DNA of 63,210 nt, filler included, from Rhabdomonas costata (Eukaryota): assembly GCA_019059605.1 (NCBI GenBank). It is 45 parts of 45 records of this genome, joined end to end, with 100 filler letters (N's around TTAATTAATTAA, not from the genome) between each part and the next. Parts side by side here need not be neighbours in the genome. Positions count along the whole stretch, not along the records: positions 46,425 to 47,724 come from JAHMHO010019901.1; positions 47,825 to 49,131 come from JAHMHO010019902.1; positions 49,232 to 50,537 come from JAHMHO010019903.1; positions 50,638 to 51,958 come from JAHMHO010019904.1; positions 52,059 to 53,365 come from JAHMHO010019905.1; positions 53,466 to 54,772 come from JAHMHO010019906.1; positions 54,873 to 56,179 come from JAHMHO010019907.1; positions 56,280 to 57,585 come from JAHMHO010019908.1; 37 more parts are not named here. One strand, written 5' to 3'. A program made the position numbers and the translations under genes. Below are positions 46,642 through 57,585 of this stretch, piece after piece (position 1 is the stretch's first letter; every line of letters starts with the position of its first letter). The notes below the pieces were generated by a model. It saw nothing but the letters and a program-made list of their open reading frames with translations, ran no database searches and was not told the DNA's origin.

Positions 46642-47712
46642 CTACTCCACCTGATGTCGTTTTGGACCCGGCGAAACTGCACTGCCTTTACTGAGGTCGG
46701 CCCTTCAGTGTAAGGGACGACTGGGGTACTGGGGTCACACATAACCTCCCTACTGCGCTCTCACTCTCTCCCTTCGTGCACAGCTGGAACAGCTACGGAG
46801 GGTGCTGCAGAGCACCAATACCACGCTATCCCTCGCGGAGGTTGCCATCCAGCTGACAGGGCAGCAGACGCCGCCCTCCCGCGAGGTATGACTGGGCGCG
46901 TGCACCTGGGTGTTCATCTACGTCAGAGAAGTCGCGGACACACCCACTGTCGTTGCCAAAACCAGCCCTATCAGAATGACGTTTGCTGAAGTACCCTCAT
47001 TTTCTCAAATGTGCCCAGCCCAGATGGAGATTGCGCCCGGCGGGTTCTCTTTCTTTCGTTTCTCTTTTTTATTCCACCTCCCTCGACTACCTTTATTGCG
47101 ATTTGGTTAGGAAATACAGACCGTCTTGACGGGTTCCCCACCTTGCTCGTTTGGGTTACCGGTTGTCTCTGGCTATGACCAAGCTCGCAGTGGTTAAGGC
47201 CCGGGGGTGCGACCACCCAAAGCGAGCTTTAACAAAACAAAAAAGCTCCCCAAAAAATGTTCCGGTTGATTTTCTTTCACTCCTACACTTACATACATGG
47301 CAACATCCTCAGGGACTGACAGTGTCGTTTTTTCGGAGCAGACATAAGATGGACGAGTATGCGCGACCTGGGAACTGCAGCCTGCGCCCGCAGGGGGCGC
47401 AGTGAAAAGGTCATAAATTGAAGGAGCAGTGAACCGTAACAGGGAAGAAAAGGGCCGCAAGCGTCACCTAGCTGGGTGCCACATCGCCATTCATCTCAGA
47501 GGAGAATTTGGCATAGGTACGACTGCATTCTGGCCTTTCTCCCCCACACGTTAACCCCACAAGCCACCAGGGCATCTGGAAGGTGCACATCATGGTATGT
47601 TCCTGTAGGAGCCTTCTGGTAGGCTCAGCGCTGTTTTTTGTGCAGGTCATGACAGCGACCCCCGTGGATGCCCGCGCTGCGCCCCCTGCGGTGACTTTTG
47701 AGCCCTTGCGGT
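46642..47712 (+). CDS. Unknown protein, internal exons 46642-46695, 46784-46885, 47646-~47712
   Basis: Three phase-0 GT-AG exons: LLHLMSFWTRRNCTAFTE|LEQLRRVLQSTNTTLSLAEVAIQLTGQQTPPSRE|VMTATPVDARAAPPAVTFEPLR. Confidence 0.5.
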
Positions 47713-47894
47713 CCACCACCAACCNNNNNNNNNNNNNNNNNNNNNNNNNNNNNNNNNNNNNNNNNNNNTTAATTAATTAANNNNNNNNNNNNNNNNNNNN
47801 NNNNNNNNNNNNNNNNNNNNNNNNGGTTGGTTGTCACACAACCTCCATATGTTGCCTTTCGAACGCCTCCAGTCTCAAGTTCTCATTTCAAAAG

Positions 47895-48473
47895 GCAGCG
47901 GTAAAAGCACCGTTCTGAGCCTCTTGGAGCGCTTCTTCGAGCCCCAGTCTGGGAAGATATACCTCGACGGCCTGGACGTCTCCTCCTTCGACCCGTTACT
48001 ATGGCGGCAGACCACCGTGGGGGCAGTGCTGCAGGAGCCTACCCTCTTTGCGATCTCCGTCCGTGACAACATCGCGGTCACCCGCCCGGGGGCCTCCCTG
48101 GAAGAGGTCATCCAGGCCGCCAAGCTTGCTGGGGCCCATGACTTTGTGGTGTCGTCCCTCCCCATGGGGTACGACACCGTCCTAGGGGTGGGGGGCGCCC
48201 CGTTGGGGAGGAGCCAGAGGCTCAGGCTGTCCCTAGCCAGGGTAGCCATGCAGAACCCCTTGGTGCTGCTGCTGGACGAGCCCGTGGCTGAGGGAGCCCC
48301 GTCCGAGGCCTTGGACTGGGCTGCCGTGCAGCAGGTGATGCGGGGCCGCACCACAGTGGTGGCGACGCGGTGCGCAGAGGCTGCCCGTGGGGCAGACTTT
48401 GTGACGGTGCTGCAACAGGGCAGGGTGGTTCAGCAGGGCCCTGCCCAGCAGGTCCTGGCTTCTGATGCCGAAG
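47895..48473 (+). CDS. ABCB/MDR-type ABC transporter nucleotide-binding domain exon with degenerate catalytic motifs
   Basis: Walker A end GSGKST, Q-loop VLQEPTLF, LPMGYDT and Walker B LLLLDE are present. The signature reads LGRSQRLRLSLAR, the D-loop PVAEG and the H-switch VVATR. Confidence 0.88.
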
Positions 48474-48502
48474 GTGTCCTCCTGGTGTTCTCCTGGAAAA
48501 AA

Positions 48503-49129
48503 TCACCAGTATACGCATTTCGGCGTTGTGCCGGAGACGAACCCCACCACCACCGACGCGGAATTCCCAACTAACACGGCTTTCGCGTTCAGTACTCGAA
48601 AATGAAAGCCACAACTGTAACACAGCCACCTGCAGTTGCTGCCCGGGAAGTTGACAGTATCGTTACACACCGTAGAGTTGAAGGAGTGGAAGAACCCTAC
48701 GCCGGACAAGACGTTGCAGCCCACCAACCGGCCATGCCCATCTGGGCCGGGCCAGACTAACATTGAATTGCTGTACGCTCCCGTCACTCCGCTCATTTGG
48801 GAAGCAGTCAGCGACCACCAAACCTTCAGCGCATTGACAAAGTTGTCCATGCGTAGGCCAGCACTCCGAAAGTACATCGACTCCGCGTTGTTCAGCATGT
48901 GCCCTATCTCGAACTTCGACACCAGAAGGTTCATTATCGTCTGTGCGGCCTCCTGCATGTCCACCTCTGCCAGCTCCCGCAGGCTCTGCTGGCTCTGCAC
49001 GTAGGTCAGGTAGAACCCCAGGAAGCCCGTGATGACCATCAGAGCGATGAAAAAGACTGTCAGCAGTACTTTTAGGGAGAGCACGTGGGTGAGGAATTTG
49101 CGGCAGTGTGCCGCAAATTCCCCACCCAC
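48503..49129 (-). CDS. N-terminal TM helix and extracellular sensor region, similar to protist receptor-type cyclases
   Basis: VLSLKVLLTVFFIALMVITGFLGFYLTYVQSQQSLRELAE...: an 'SL+' motif, one TM helix, then a 'S...L.ELA' stalk helix typical of Cache-type sensor N-termini, followed by a Cys-containing region. The 3' boundary is uncertain. Confidence 0.55.
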   Translation of the reverse strand: MGGEFAAHCRKFLTHVLSLKVLLTVFFIALMVITGFLGFYLTYVQSQQSLRELAEVDMQEAAQTIMNLLVSKFEIGHMLNNAESMYFRSAGLRMDNFVNALKVWWSLTASQMSGVTGAYSNSMLVWPGPDGHGRLVGCNVLSGVGFFHSFNSTVCNDTVNFPGSNCRWLCYSCGFHFRVLNAKAVLVGNSASVVVGFVSGTTPKCVYW

Positions 49130-49233
49130 ACNNNNNNNNNNNNNNNNNNNNNNNNNNNNNNNNNNNNNNNNNNNNTTAATTAATTAANNNNNNNNNNNNN
49201 NNNNNNNNNNNNNNNNNNNNNNNNNNNNNNNTT

Positions 49234-49749
49234 TTTGTAGAGGAGCTGAAGTATTTCCGGAGACTTCCAGATCAGGTGTAAATAATCTTCGCCGCAGGAG
49301 ATTTGGAATCGTACGCTAGAGGGATTGTAGCGCCAGTCAAGACGTTTGCCGACTGGAAAATCTTTGCTGAAACGCTCAAGAGGAGGTTGTTAGCCAATAA
49401 CTGGGACTACAATGTGGTTTAGATGTTGGAGCAGCTGAATATGTCAAAAGGAAACTTTCAGTTTTACCATCAGCAGTTTGTGACTGTGATGAATTTGCTG
49501 AAGGTAACAATGTTTGATAGAGCGATCTTGGTAGTACCTGTTCGTAAGAGGCTTGGAATTGTACACCAGGAAAAAGTGATAGCAAAGAATCCCAATAGCC
49601 TGAAAGAGTCCACGGAAAAGGCCTGGGAGTATTCTCGCAAGCCAATACTCACTCCACAGATAATCTTTGCTGTACCAGAGGGTGCAGTTCAGAGAAGCAT
49701 AGCGACGTGTGGCACGGCAATAGATCTGGACGCTATACGATACGGTTAA
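49234..49749 (+). mobile_element. Degenerate Ty3/Gypsy LTR-retrotransposon gag
   Basis: One frame reads FVEELKYFRRLPDQV*IIFAAGDLESYA...WKIFAETLKRRL...V*MLEQLNM...YHQQF...NPNSLKESTEKA...AIDLDAI. It follows the retrotransposon capsid pattern, ends in a PMDLD-like motif and has stops at 49279 and 49420. Confidence 0.7.
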
Positions 49750-51258
49750 ACCACGTTTTCGTGGAGTACGGCAATCCTGACATGCATCCGGTGCCATATG
49801 TGAGCATGTTGCGGAGTAATTCGAATCTTTTGAAGATGTCGGCGTCTCCAACACTAGCCGCAACAGTTCCAGCTAGTTCAGTGATGATTAACACCACACC
49901 ACCTCATCAGTTCAACGTGGCGCGCACCCCGTGTCAAGAAAGAAGAACGAGTCAATGCAGAAGAATGTCTGTGTTTTGAGTCCGTGGTTACAATGGAATT
50001 GACGAGTTTATTACCGATCACCGTCACCAACCCAAAGGTGGGGGCCAATAATTCCCTCGTTTCCACGGAGAGAAGATTCACCGACTCGATTGGCAAGCCC
50101 AACTTCACAGGTGGCTAAGATTAGTCAGCCGCCTCCATTTGCAAGATCAAGTTTGGACGTTGCAAAGCCGTTTTTCCACTTCAGAGAATGTTTGTATTGC
50201 TGACGTTCTAATAATTTATACAGAGACTTCCAGTTGTCTAAGGCAGAAATGGTCCAGTTCAGTGTGCCCAATGGCCGGGAGAGATTAAAAAGAGTTGGTA
50301 TCAGTCAAAACTAGATTGGTAAGGAGACATTGCCACTCCCACAACACCCAAAAGACCCTCTTCAGCCACAGTGAGAACCCCATCCAGCGCAAGTAATGTG
50401 CAAGATCTATCAAGTGTTTCAAACATCGTTCCGCTTAGAATCTTGAAGATACAGGTCAGAGCACGTGAACATCTTAAGTCAATCTCGTCAGTAAAAGCCC
50501 AAAAATTTCATCTCGAGCATGGTGACGCCAGAGACAGNNNNNNNNNNNNNNNNNNNNNNNNNNNNNNNNNNNNNNNNNNNNTTAATTAATTAANNNNNNN
50601 NNNNNNNNNNNNNNNNNNNNNNNNNNNNNNNNNNNNNGGGGGTGGTGGTGAGATACTGGTGAGAATGTGCTGATTTTCCTCCTCTCCATGACTTCCCTCT
50701 TTCCCCTCTCCTCACCGGCAAAATGTCGCCTTGCAAAGGTGGGAAACGGTATCGCTCTTTCACGCAATGGATGCAATGGAAGGGGCTTTGGCACCTAACC
50801 CTACCCTCTCTTCCGAATGTCGCCACCTTTTCCTCCTAAGCATGTGGCACAGGTAACCGGGCGCTGGGTTTAGGTATGGGCTTAGGTGGTTTCTGGTTAC
50901 TCCCATTTGGCCCTGGGACCCATGGTGCCTGGGAAGGCACCCAATGTTCCCCATTGTTGAGCCATAACTAACCCCCTGAGCAAGACTGCCCGCAGGCTCT
51001 GCACACATCCAGGTAAGTCCTCCATGTCTTTCCATCCATTTGGTAGCCCACTTCAACTCCCTTTCTGCTGATCCCTTATCTTTCTGTCACACACGTTGAC
51101 GAAAAAAAAACTGGACTGTCCATCATTCCACAGCCATGTGGACATGGAGTCAACCATGATGATCCAGGCGCTGAACTTACCAAGTGCTCGGGATCTTTCC
51201 CCGTTTCTCTCCATTCCCTTCCTCTTTTCCGCGGGTATGGGGGTCCGAACAGCCCAAG

Positions 51259-51844
51259 GTGAATAAGACGTTGAGGCAGCTGCTCTCGCTCTGTGGCTTC
51301 CACGGCGGGGGCGAAGGCGTGGAGGCCTCCCGAACGCCGCCTCAGCTTCGGCGAGCAACCCTTAGGGCCCTCACGGAACTTTGCGTGACCGTGGCTGGAC
51401 TCCCGTGGGAGGTTCGAGTGTTCCTTGGAACCGCCGCTCTACTCTTTGGCTTTTGCCACGGCGAAGTGAATTTGCATTGCCATTGTGTATGTTCCATTGT
51501 TAGATTAATTGGAGTTTCTCAAGCGAAACGTGGTTGGCATCCTTGCTTGCGCGGATTTGGGTTGCTGCCTGCCCCCATCGGGTATTCAACGATGTCCCTT
51601 TGTTCCTTCAGGGCGATCTTTTGACTTCACTGAGGTCCGAGATCGTGGGAGAGGCGGGTCTGAACAGAGAAAAGGTGCAGTCGGCTCTGCGAGAGCTGAG
51701 CCCACAGCCCGTGAGTGAGGTGCTGCTGTCGGTGTTGCGGGGAGGTGGCAAGGGAGGGGCGTCAGAGGCGGCGCTGGTTAGGGTAGAGGCCGCGCAGTGC
51801 GTGGTGAGGCTACTCTGCGGGCTCACAGAGGAATGCCTGGGAAG
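51259..51844 (+). CDS. Alpha-helical (ARM/HEAT-like) protein fragment; exons 51259-51411 and 51612-51844
   Basis: Phase-0 GT-AG junction. Amphipathic helices LRRATLRALTELC and VRVEAAQCVVRLL. Confidence 0.55.
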
Positions 51845-51850
51845 GTCTGT

Positions 51851-51851
<1 letters not shown>

Positions 51852-51892
<41 letters not shown>
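51852..51892 (+). repeat. (GT)n microsatellite
   Basis: Uninterrupted GT run just inside an intron. Confidence 0.97.
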
Positions 51893-51893
<1 letters not shown>

Positions 51894-52739
51894 CCGTACA
51901 CCAGGAAAGCGGGTCTAAGCCCGGAATGGGATGGAGGACCCAAACCAAACAACAAAGANNNNNNNNNNNNNNNNNNNNNNNNNNNNNNNNNNNNNNNNNN
52001 NNTTAATTAATTAANNNNNNNNNNNNNNNNNNNNNNNNNNNNNNNNNNNNNNNNNNNNAGTAATTAAATTTTATAAAATTATAAATCGTCTTATAAACTT
52101 TTATTTTGTGTCGTAAAAAAAATTATGCAAAACCTGCTCCGTTTTCGGAGCAATTTTCAAAAAATTTATAAAATTTTTGAAACTAATATATAGACGTTAA
52201 ATCATCTTATTAATTAGCTCAAAAATTTTATAAAAAAATATTTTGTTATATGACCTTAAGCATCTAAAATGACCAAAAATAAAAAATTTGTTTAAGAATA
52301 AATAAAGATCCAGTTTTTGAAATTATGCAAATTATGCAAAAATTGCTCCGTTTTTTTTGTAAATTTGCATAATTTGTAAAATTATTTAAATAAAGAGTAA
52401 ATTAGGTTTAATTTAATTTTATTAATTTTGTCTTTAAAGATGACTCTGATCACCAACTACAGGAATTGTGTGTTGACACTTTTCAAAAAAATAATTTTTT
52501 GAAAAATATTTTTAGAAAAAATTTTCTTGTAAAATTTTGATTCAGATTCAACAAAAAACTGTAAAATTATGTAAAGCTCAATGGAAATTTTTATAAATTA
52601 TTTAAGGAACAAAATAGTCTCATTGTTTAATTTATTGGAATTTAATGTAGAAGTTTCAATGTATTGAAACAATAAATTGTTTATTGTACTCAATGTGTGA
52701 TAATGTATGTAATTGTATATATAATTCCATCTATAGAAA

Positions 52740-52747
52740 AAAATTGA
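52740..52747 (+). promoter_or_regulatory. AAAATTGA Mimiviridae early-promoter motif
   Basis: Exact octamer 57 nt upstream of the ATG at 52805, in AT-rich context. Chance occurrence in AT-rich DNA cannot be excluded. Confidence 0.65.
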
Positions 52748-52804
52748 TAATTTTAATGTATAGAATATTAGTAAGTAACAACATATTCATTACAATTTTA
52801 ACAA

Positions 52805-53365
52805 ATGGGTTATAATTATTATTTAACAACACATAAATATTATGCTATTAAATTTCTTGAAGAGAGTGAAATTCAATATTATTATAACATATTAGTTCAA
52901 TTTAACGAATTTCTAAAAGACATTGATGCAGATGTACATATAGAACAACTTGAAGAAAACGAAGGATTTCGTTATCATAACGGAAAACTAGAACATCTTA
53001 TGAAATTTGAACACATATGTGTTTTACAATATATAAAACAAGGAGATTTACATAATTTAAAATTATTGAATGATAGAGGATTCAAAGTTGGATTTTATAA
53101 AAAAGTGAATATAAGATTAGCAATAAAATATAAACATATAGATATTATAAAATATTTGATAAATACACACCAAATAAATGAAGATTTAGATATGTCGTTA
53201 TCGTATGTTGGTACACCGTACATATTTGATAAATTACTACAACAATATCATGATTATTTAGATACATCTATAGATGATATAGATGATTCAGAATATAAAT
53301 TTTATATGAGGTTGCGTGATATTAACTTTAATGATGTTTATTATTGGTCACTAATTAACAAAACA
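52805..53365 (+). CDS. Ankyrin-repeat-like protein, 3' truncated (giant-virus type)
   Basis: Uninterrupted ORF in very AT-rich DNA with the degenerate ankyrin units YIKQGDLHNLKLLNDRG and LAIKYKHIDIIKYLI. Confidence 0.7.
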
Positions 53366-54100
53366 NNNNNNNNNNNNNNNNNNNNNNNNNNNNNNNNNNN
53401 NNNNNNNNNTTAATTAATTAANNNNNNNNNNNNNNNNNNNNNNNNNNNNNNNNNNNNNNNNNNNNGTTGTGTTGTCAACTCCACAGTGGTTCTCGTAGTT
53501 TCCCTCTCTTTCCATGCCCTCTTCCACCTTTCCACCTTTAAGTTCGTTTGTCTCGTGTTTTACGAAAAGCACCAATTTCTTTCCTCCTTGTCCGTGAATC
53601 CAGCCTCTGGATATTGCCTAAGTGGACACAATTACGGGTTCTGCGTTCTCAGCAGTCCTAAGCAAACGCGGCCCCCTCACGAACAGATCGGCGCATGACC
53701 CCTGCATAGATTGCTTATTTTCTTCCATCAAAGCACAAAACTGAAAAACGGTACGAACAACGCGAGCAATTGGGCGGAAAGCGGTTTGGAGGAGCAGCGG
53801 TAAAGTGGGGGCAATTCCGCGTTTCGGATGTGGCGAGAGCGGGGAAGCGAGGAAATCCCACAAACAACATTCCTTCTTCTGGATTACCCTGGCTCTGATT
53901 GGGTTCGTAATACCCAAGGAATGCAAACCGCAGGTCGATCCCAACACAAGGAGATACAATCCCGTCCTGCGTTTATCAGAATAAAGCTGGGAATGGTGTA
54001 TAAGAAGGGGGGACGGGCACACGGGAAGTCCCCTTGTGAAGATTGATACGACGAACAAAAATGCCACGGAACCGCTATAACCAGTACACGGGAGACATAC

Positions 54101-54705
54101 CACGGCAGAGGTGTTGGGGCAGCTCTGAACCTTTGCAGTCCGGGCCACGGTGTGGCAGCTGAGAGTCGGCCCCACGGCGGCAAGAAGCGAGTCGACCAGT
54201 GTCTTGGCCGCCACCGCCGCCGAGGTCGACTTGGCCACAGAGAGGTAGAAGACGAAGAACGGGGAATCGCCTTTCAATGCCACGGCGAGGGTCTGGATCA
54301 CCAGCTGAATGAAAGGCCACCGGGGAAGCGGAACCAAACCCAAACTATAGTACAATTTGAATTTGATTCGCTGGCCTGCCAATGTCGAATCGACACAGCA
54401 GAGGTACCATGACCAACGATCACCTCAGACCAAAGCCATTCGGTACACCCAAACTCCTCCGAGCTATAGAGGCACCAAGATAGCCGCCATTTACCCGAGG
54501 AAGAAAGCAAACGAAAAGCGAAAGCAAGCACAAATAAAACCTCACCCCCAACCGCAATCACTACGGTCACCACGTCCGCACTGGGCAGTGCCCCCGTGAG
54601 GTTGGCAGGGGGATGGTACCACAGCGCAGGCAGCCTTTGGTTCAGCTCCGCCGCAGAGCTGCCCTGCCACGGCAGAGGACGCTCCACAGAGACCACCCTG
54701 CCCAG
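54101..54705 (-). CDS. Unknown protein, internal exons ~54541-54705 and 54101-54304
   Basis: AG/GT-bounded GC-rich segments: LGRVVSVERPLPWQG...LWYHPPANLTGALP... and LVIQTLAVALKGDSPFFVFYLSVAK...CPNTSAV. Confidence 0.45.
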
Positions 54706-55749
54706 CTGTGAGTGAGTGCGTGAGCGAGTGATGGAATGGTGTAAACGCAATAGGGAGAAATGTCAGTACCCCNNNNNNNNNNNNNNNNNNNNNNNNNNNN
54801 NNNNNNNNNNNNNNNNTTAATTAATTAANNNNNNNNNNNNNNNNNNNNNNNNNNNNNNNNNNNNNNNNNNNNGGGGGTGTGTTTGGGTTGTGGGGGGAAG
54901 GAAAAGGGAAAAGGAGGAAACGAGACAGGGAACTGGTATACGGGCGAAAGGCACAAAACGGTGAGACAAAAGGTAACAAAAAGTCGGGATTCGAGCTAAA
55001 CCAGAAAGGGAATGCAGTCCAGGTTAGAGAGAGAAGAACGCAAGGAAACGCGAGGAAAGGGTATCTGTGGGACCATACAGGTGATGTGTGGGTGGGCGTA
55101 CGGATGGTTGGGTATCGGCGTTTGACATGCAAAAGCGTCAATTGGCGAAGGAGGGGACAGAGAACAAGATTTCGCCTGTGGGCGAAACTGAATCTCATTA
55201 TTCCATTCAAAAATTTCGACCGCTCAATAAATGCAAGAACTTTTGTGCCGCAGCAAACTAACTTGAGGTGCTATTTATTATACATTTTTCTCTAACTAAG
55301 AATGTAAAATTCTGTCTGAAGAGCAGGGGTGGTATCCAAGCGAAGCGGACGCCACAGAAGGCGTCGCTTGACGCAGGCATTGCCAAAGCACAAGGGAGAC
55401 CGGAGCTGTTCTTAGAAACAGTAACAAAATTGGGCTCCAGGTCAAGTTGAAAGCATCGAGGCTGGAAGCCCAGAAGTAAGCAAACAGCACTGCTCTCAAA
55501 TCTAAAATCAAACTCCTTTTTAACTGCGTTTCCCCCAAACCCAGGCCCTGTTATTATGGGCACTAAACCCGATTCAGCAAAGGACAGGTGCGGTCATCAA
55601 CATACCGATGGCGAAAAAGGACGATCCTTGGGGGCGAATGAAATTTGTGGGCATTATTTCTTCCGAAACAGTTCGACCGTGGGGCAGATGAGGGCAAAAT
55701 CGGCTGAAAGGGAAAGTGGAAGGAGAGCGGAAAGAGAATCTGGAGAAAC

Positions 55750-55913
55750 CTTGTTCCAGGACACCCCATCGGCAGTGCTCCAGACGTCGTGCAGTGCGGC
55801 GCTGTTTTCGTTGGACCCCGCGATTACAAAGAGCTTTCCATTCGCCACTACAGAGCAGTGCCCGCCTCGGCTGCCCCATGGCGCGGTCGCCAAGGTAGCC
55901 CACGACAATCCCG
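55750..55913 (-). CDS. Kelch-type beta-propeller repeat exon
   Basis: GLSWATLATAPWGSRGGHCSVVANGKLFVIAGSNENSAALHDVWSTADGVSWNK has the 'W..R.GH....GKL+V+.G....DVWS..DG..W' blade pattern. Confidence 0.8.
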
Positions 55914-56761
55914 CTGATAAATCGCACGCACCCCCCGGCAAACTCCCATTTGCAATCAGATGCAGCTTCAGTTTTTGCAAGGGGAAAAATGCAGGAGCTG
56001 GTCACCGAGGGGCGTGTCTGTATAATCCTTGCTCCAAGGCTGGGTGTCCAAAAGCTAGCTTTGAATGGAAGCTTGACCACCATTTATGAGACCCGGCATT
56101 CCAATCCAGAAATCCTGGGTGCCACGGTTATGAATGACGCATTAGTGAGAAGTTCAGGAGACTCCTCCTCCAAACAAAANNNNNNNNNNNNNNNNNNNNN
56201 NNNNNNNNNNNNNNNNNNNNNNNTTAATTAATTAANNNNNNNNNNNNNNNNNNNNNNNNNNNNNNNNNNNNNNNNNNNNGTTTGTGTGTACGACATCCTG
56301 ACCCAAACTACCGGGGCATGCATGCGTTTTTGTGGGTGGGGGTCGGAGGTTTCAGGATTGGGGTGGTGGTCTCCGGCCCCTCACAACCCTGGGCGCCAAA
56401 TACAAGACCCCCAGTGGGGAACTCAGGGTGGAGGTCAGGGCGTTGGTTTTGCTACGGCCTGAATTTTTTTTGGGGGGGGGACACATCGTTCTTTTTTTTA
56501 TAGGTTTTTTATGGAGCGCCCAGCGCCGAGTGGCAGGGTCGTGACGTCTGGTGGATGTGGTGAAAACAGCCCTCCGTTGGAGCTCTCACTCTCACTCTGG
56601 AACTCACGACCTCGACCATCCTGGTTTCGAATTCGGATACGATGGAAGAACTGCCCGAGGGCCATGGACAAAGCTCAGATGCATCGATCTGTGATTTCCT
56701 GCTTTCTCTCTCTCTCGCTCGCTTTCTGACAGAAGCCCATCTGTTTTTTGTGTGCCTACAG

Positions 56762-57585
56762 GCCGCGTGCACCGTGCTGCTGGCCAGCGGTGGCCCTTGC
56801 GCTGCCCGGATCGGACCCAGCAACAACCTGAAGGTGTTTGACTGCTCCGCCCTGAGCTGCAGCAGCTACGCCAACGCTCTGAGAGGTGCGCCCAGCCCAG
56901 AGTTCTGTCCTCCTCCCTCTTTCCCTGCTCACGTGACTGTGACCCTCTCCTGACCACCGCTCAGGCAGACAATGCAATAGAATGGCTGTGTGAGGGTATG
57001 TGCGTGTGTGAATGTGGAACGGGGTCTGCCTTGTGCTGTGCTGGTTTACTTTGTGTTCAATTTTTATGCGCGTTTTGTTCCTAGTTGAAGCAGCCTTTTA
57101 GTACTGCTGTGTTATTCATTTTTTACTGACCATGTGAGCGATTAACTGTCTCCTTACGGGCCAATGTTGGGATAAAAACTGCGCATCCGCCACGGATCTA
57201 TCTCAACACTGAATTTTCGGGGGGAATGGGTGGGGAGGTGAAATCGAAGAGAGATGTTGCTTGCCTACTAGATATTTCCCCACCCCCTCTTTTTTTTTTG
57301 CTGTTAATAGAATTTCATGGGCATCTGAGGTCAAATTTTTTTCTGGTCCTCCTGGTAATTCACAAGGGAGCAAGGGAAGATCATGGCGCGGTGAGGAGTT
57401 TCAGGGGGCGCGGGAATTACTTGCCATTTGTTTTGCCGCGGAGTTTTGTGTGTTCGTCTTCGGGGTGTGGGACGGGGGGTAGTGGTGGTGTGGGTTGCGC
57501 CCATGCACAGCGCTGACCACTGGAATGGTGGCCACGGTGAATGGGCTGTGCGGATCCTCCGGCGCTTCGTGCACCGCCGCGCAGT
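56762..57585 (+). CDS. Cys-rich, probably extracellular protein; exons 56762-56885 and 57511-57585
   Basis: Phase-1 junction gives AACTVLLASGGPCAARIGPSNNLKVFDCSALSCSSYANALR|ALTTGMVATVNGLCGSSGASCTAAQ. Confidence 0.5.

Larger units (their letters stand above)
52059..53365. other. Very AT-rich foreign contig, probably giant virus (Nucleocytoviricota, Mimiviridae-like)
   Basis: The composition is sharply different from all other contigs. It holds an intronless K/I/N/Y-rich ORF, an AAAATTGA motif upstream and palindromic intergenic repeats. Confidence 0.7.

Noticed and set aside
7411-49422. In-frame TAA/TAG at Gln-like positions (7411, 49279, 49420) suggesting stop-codon reassignment
   Set aside because: They occur only in decayed retroelement-like ORFs. 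Long genuine exons (11397-12551, 38047-39209) contain no in-frame TAA/TAG, and a host gene appears to end in TAG (45537).
50150-50330. Minus-strand WKSLYKLLERQQYKHSLKWKNG resembling an F-box/WD40 linker
   Set aside because: It is flanked by stops, with no F-box or WD motif in frame.
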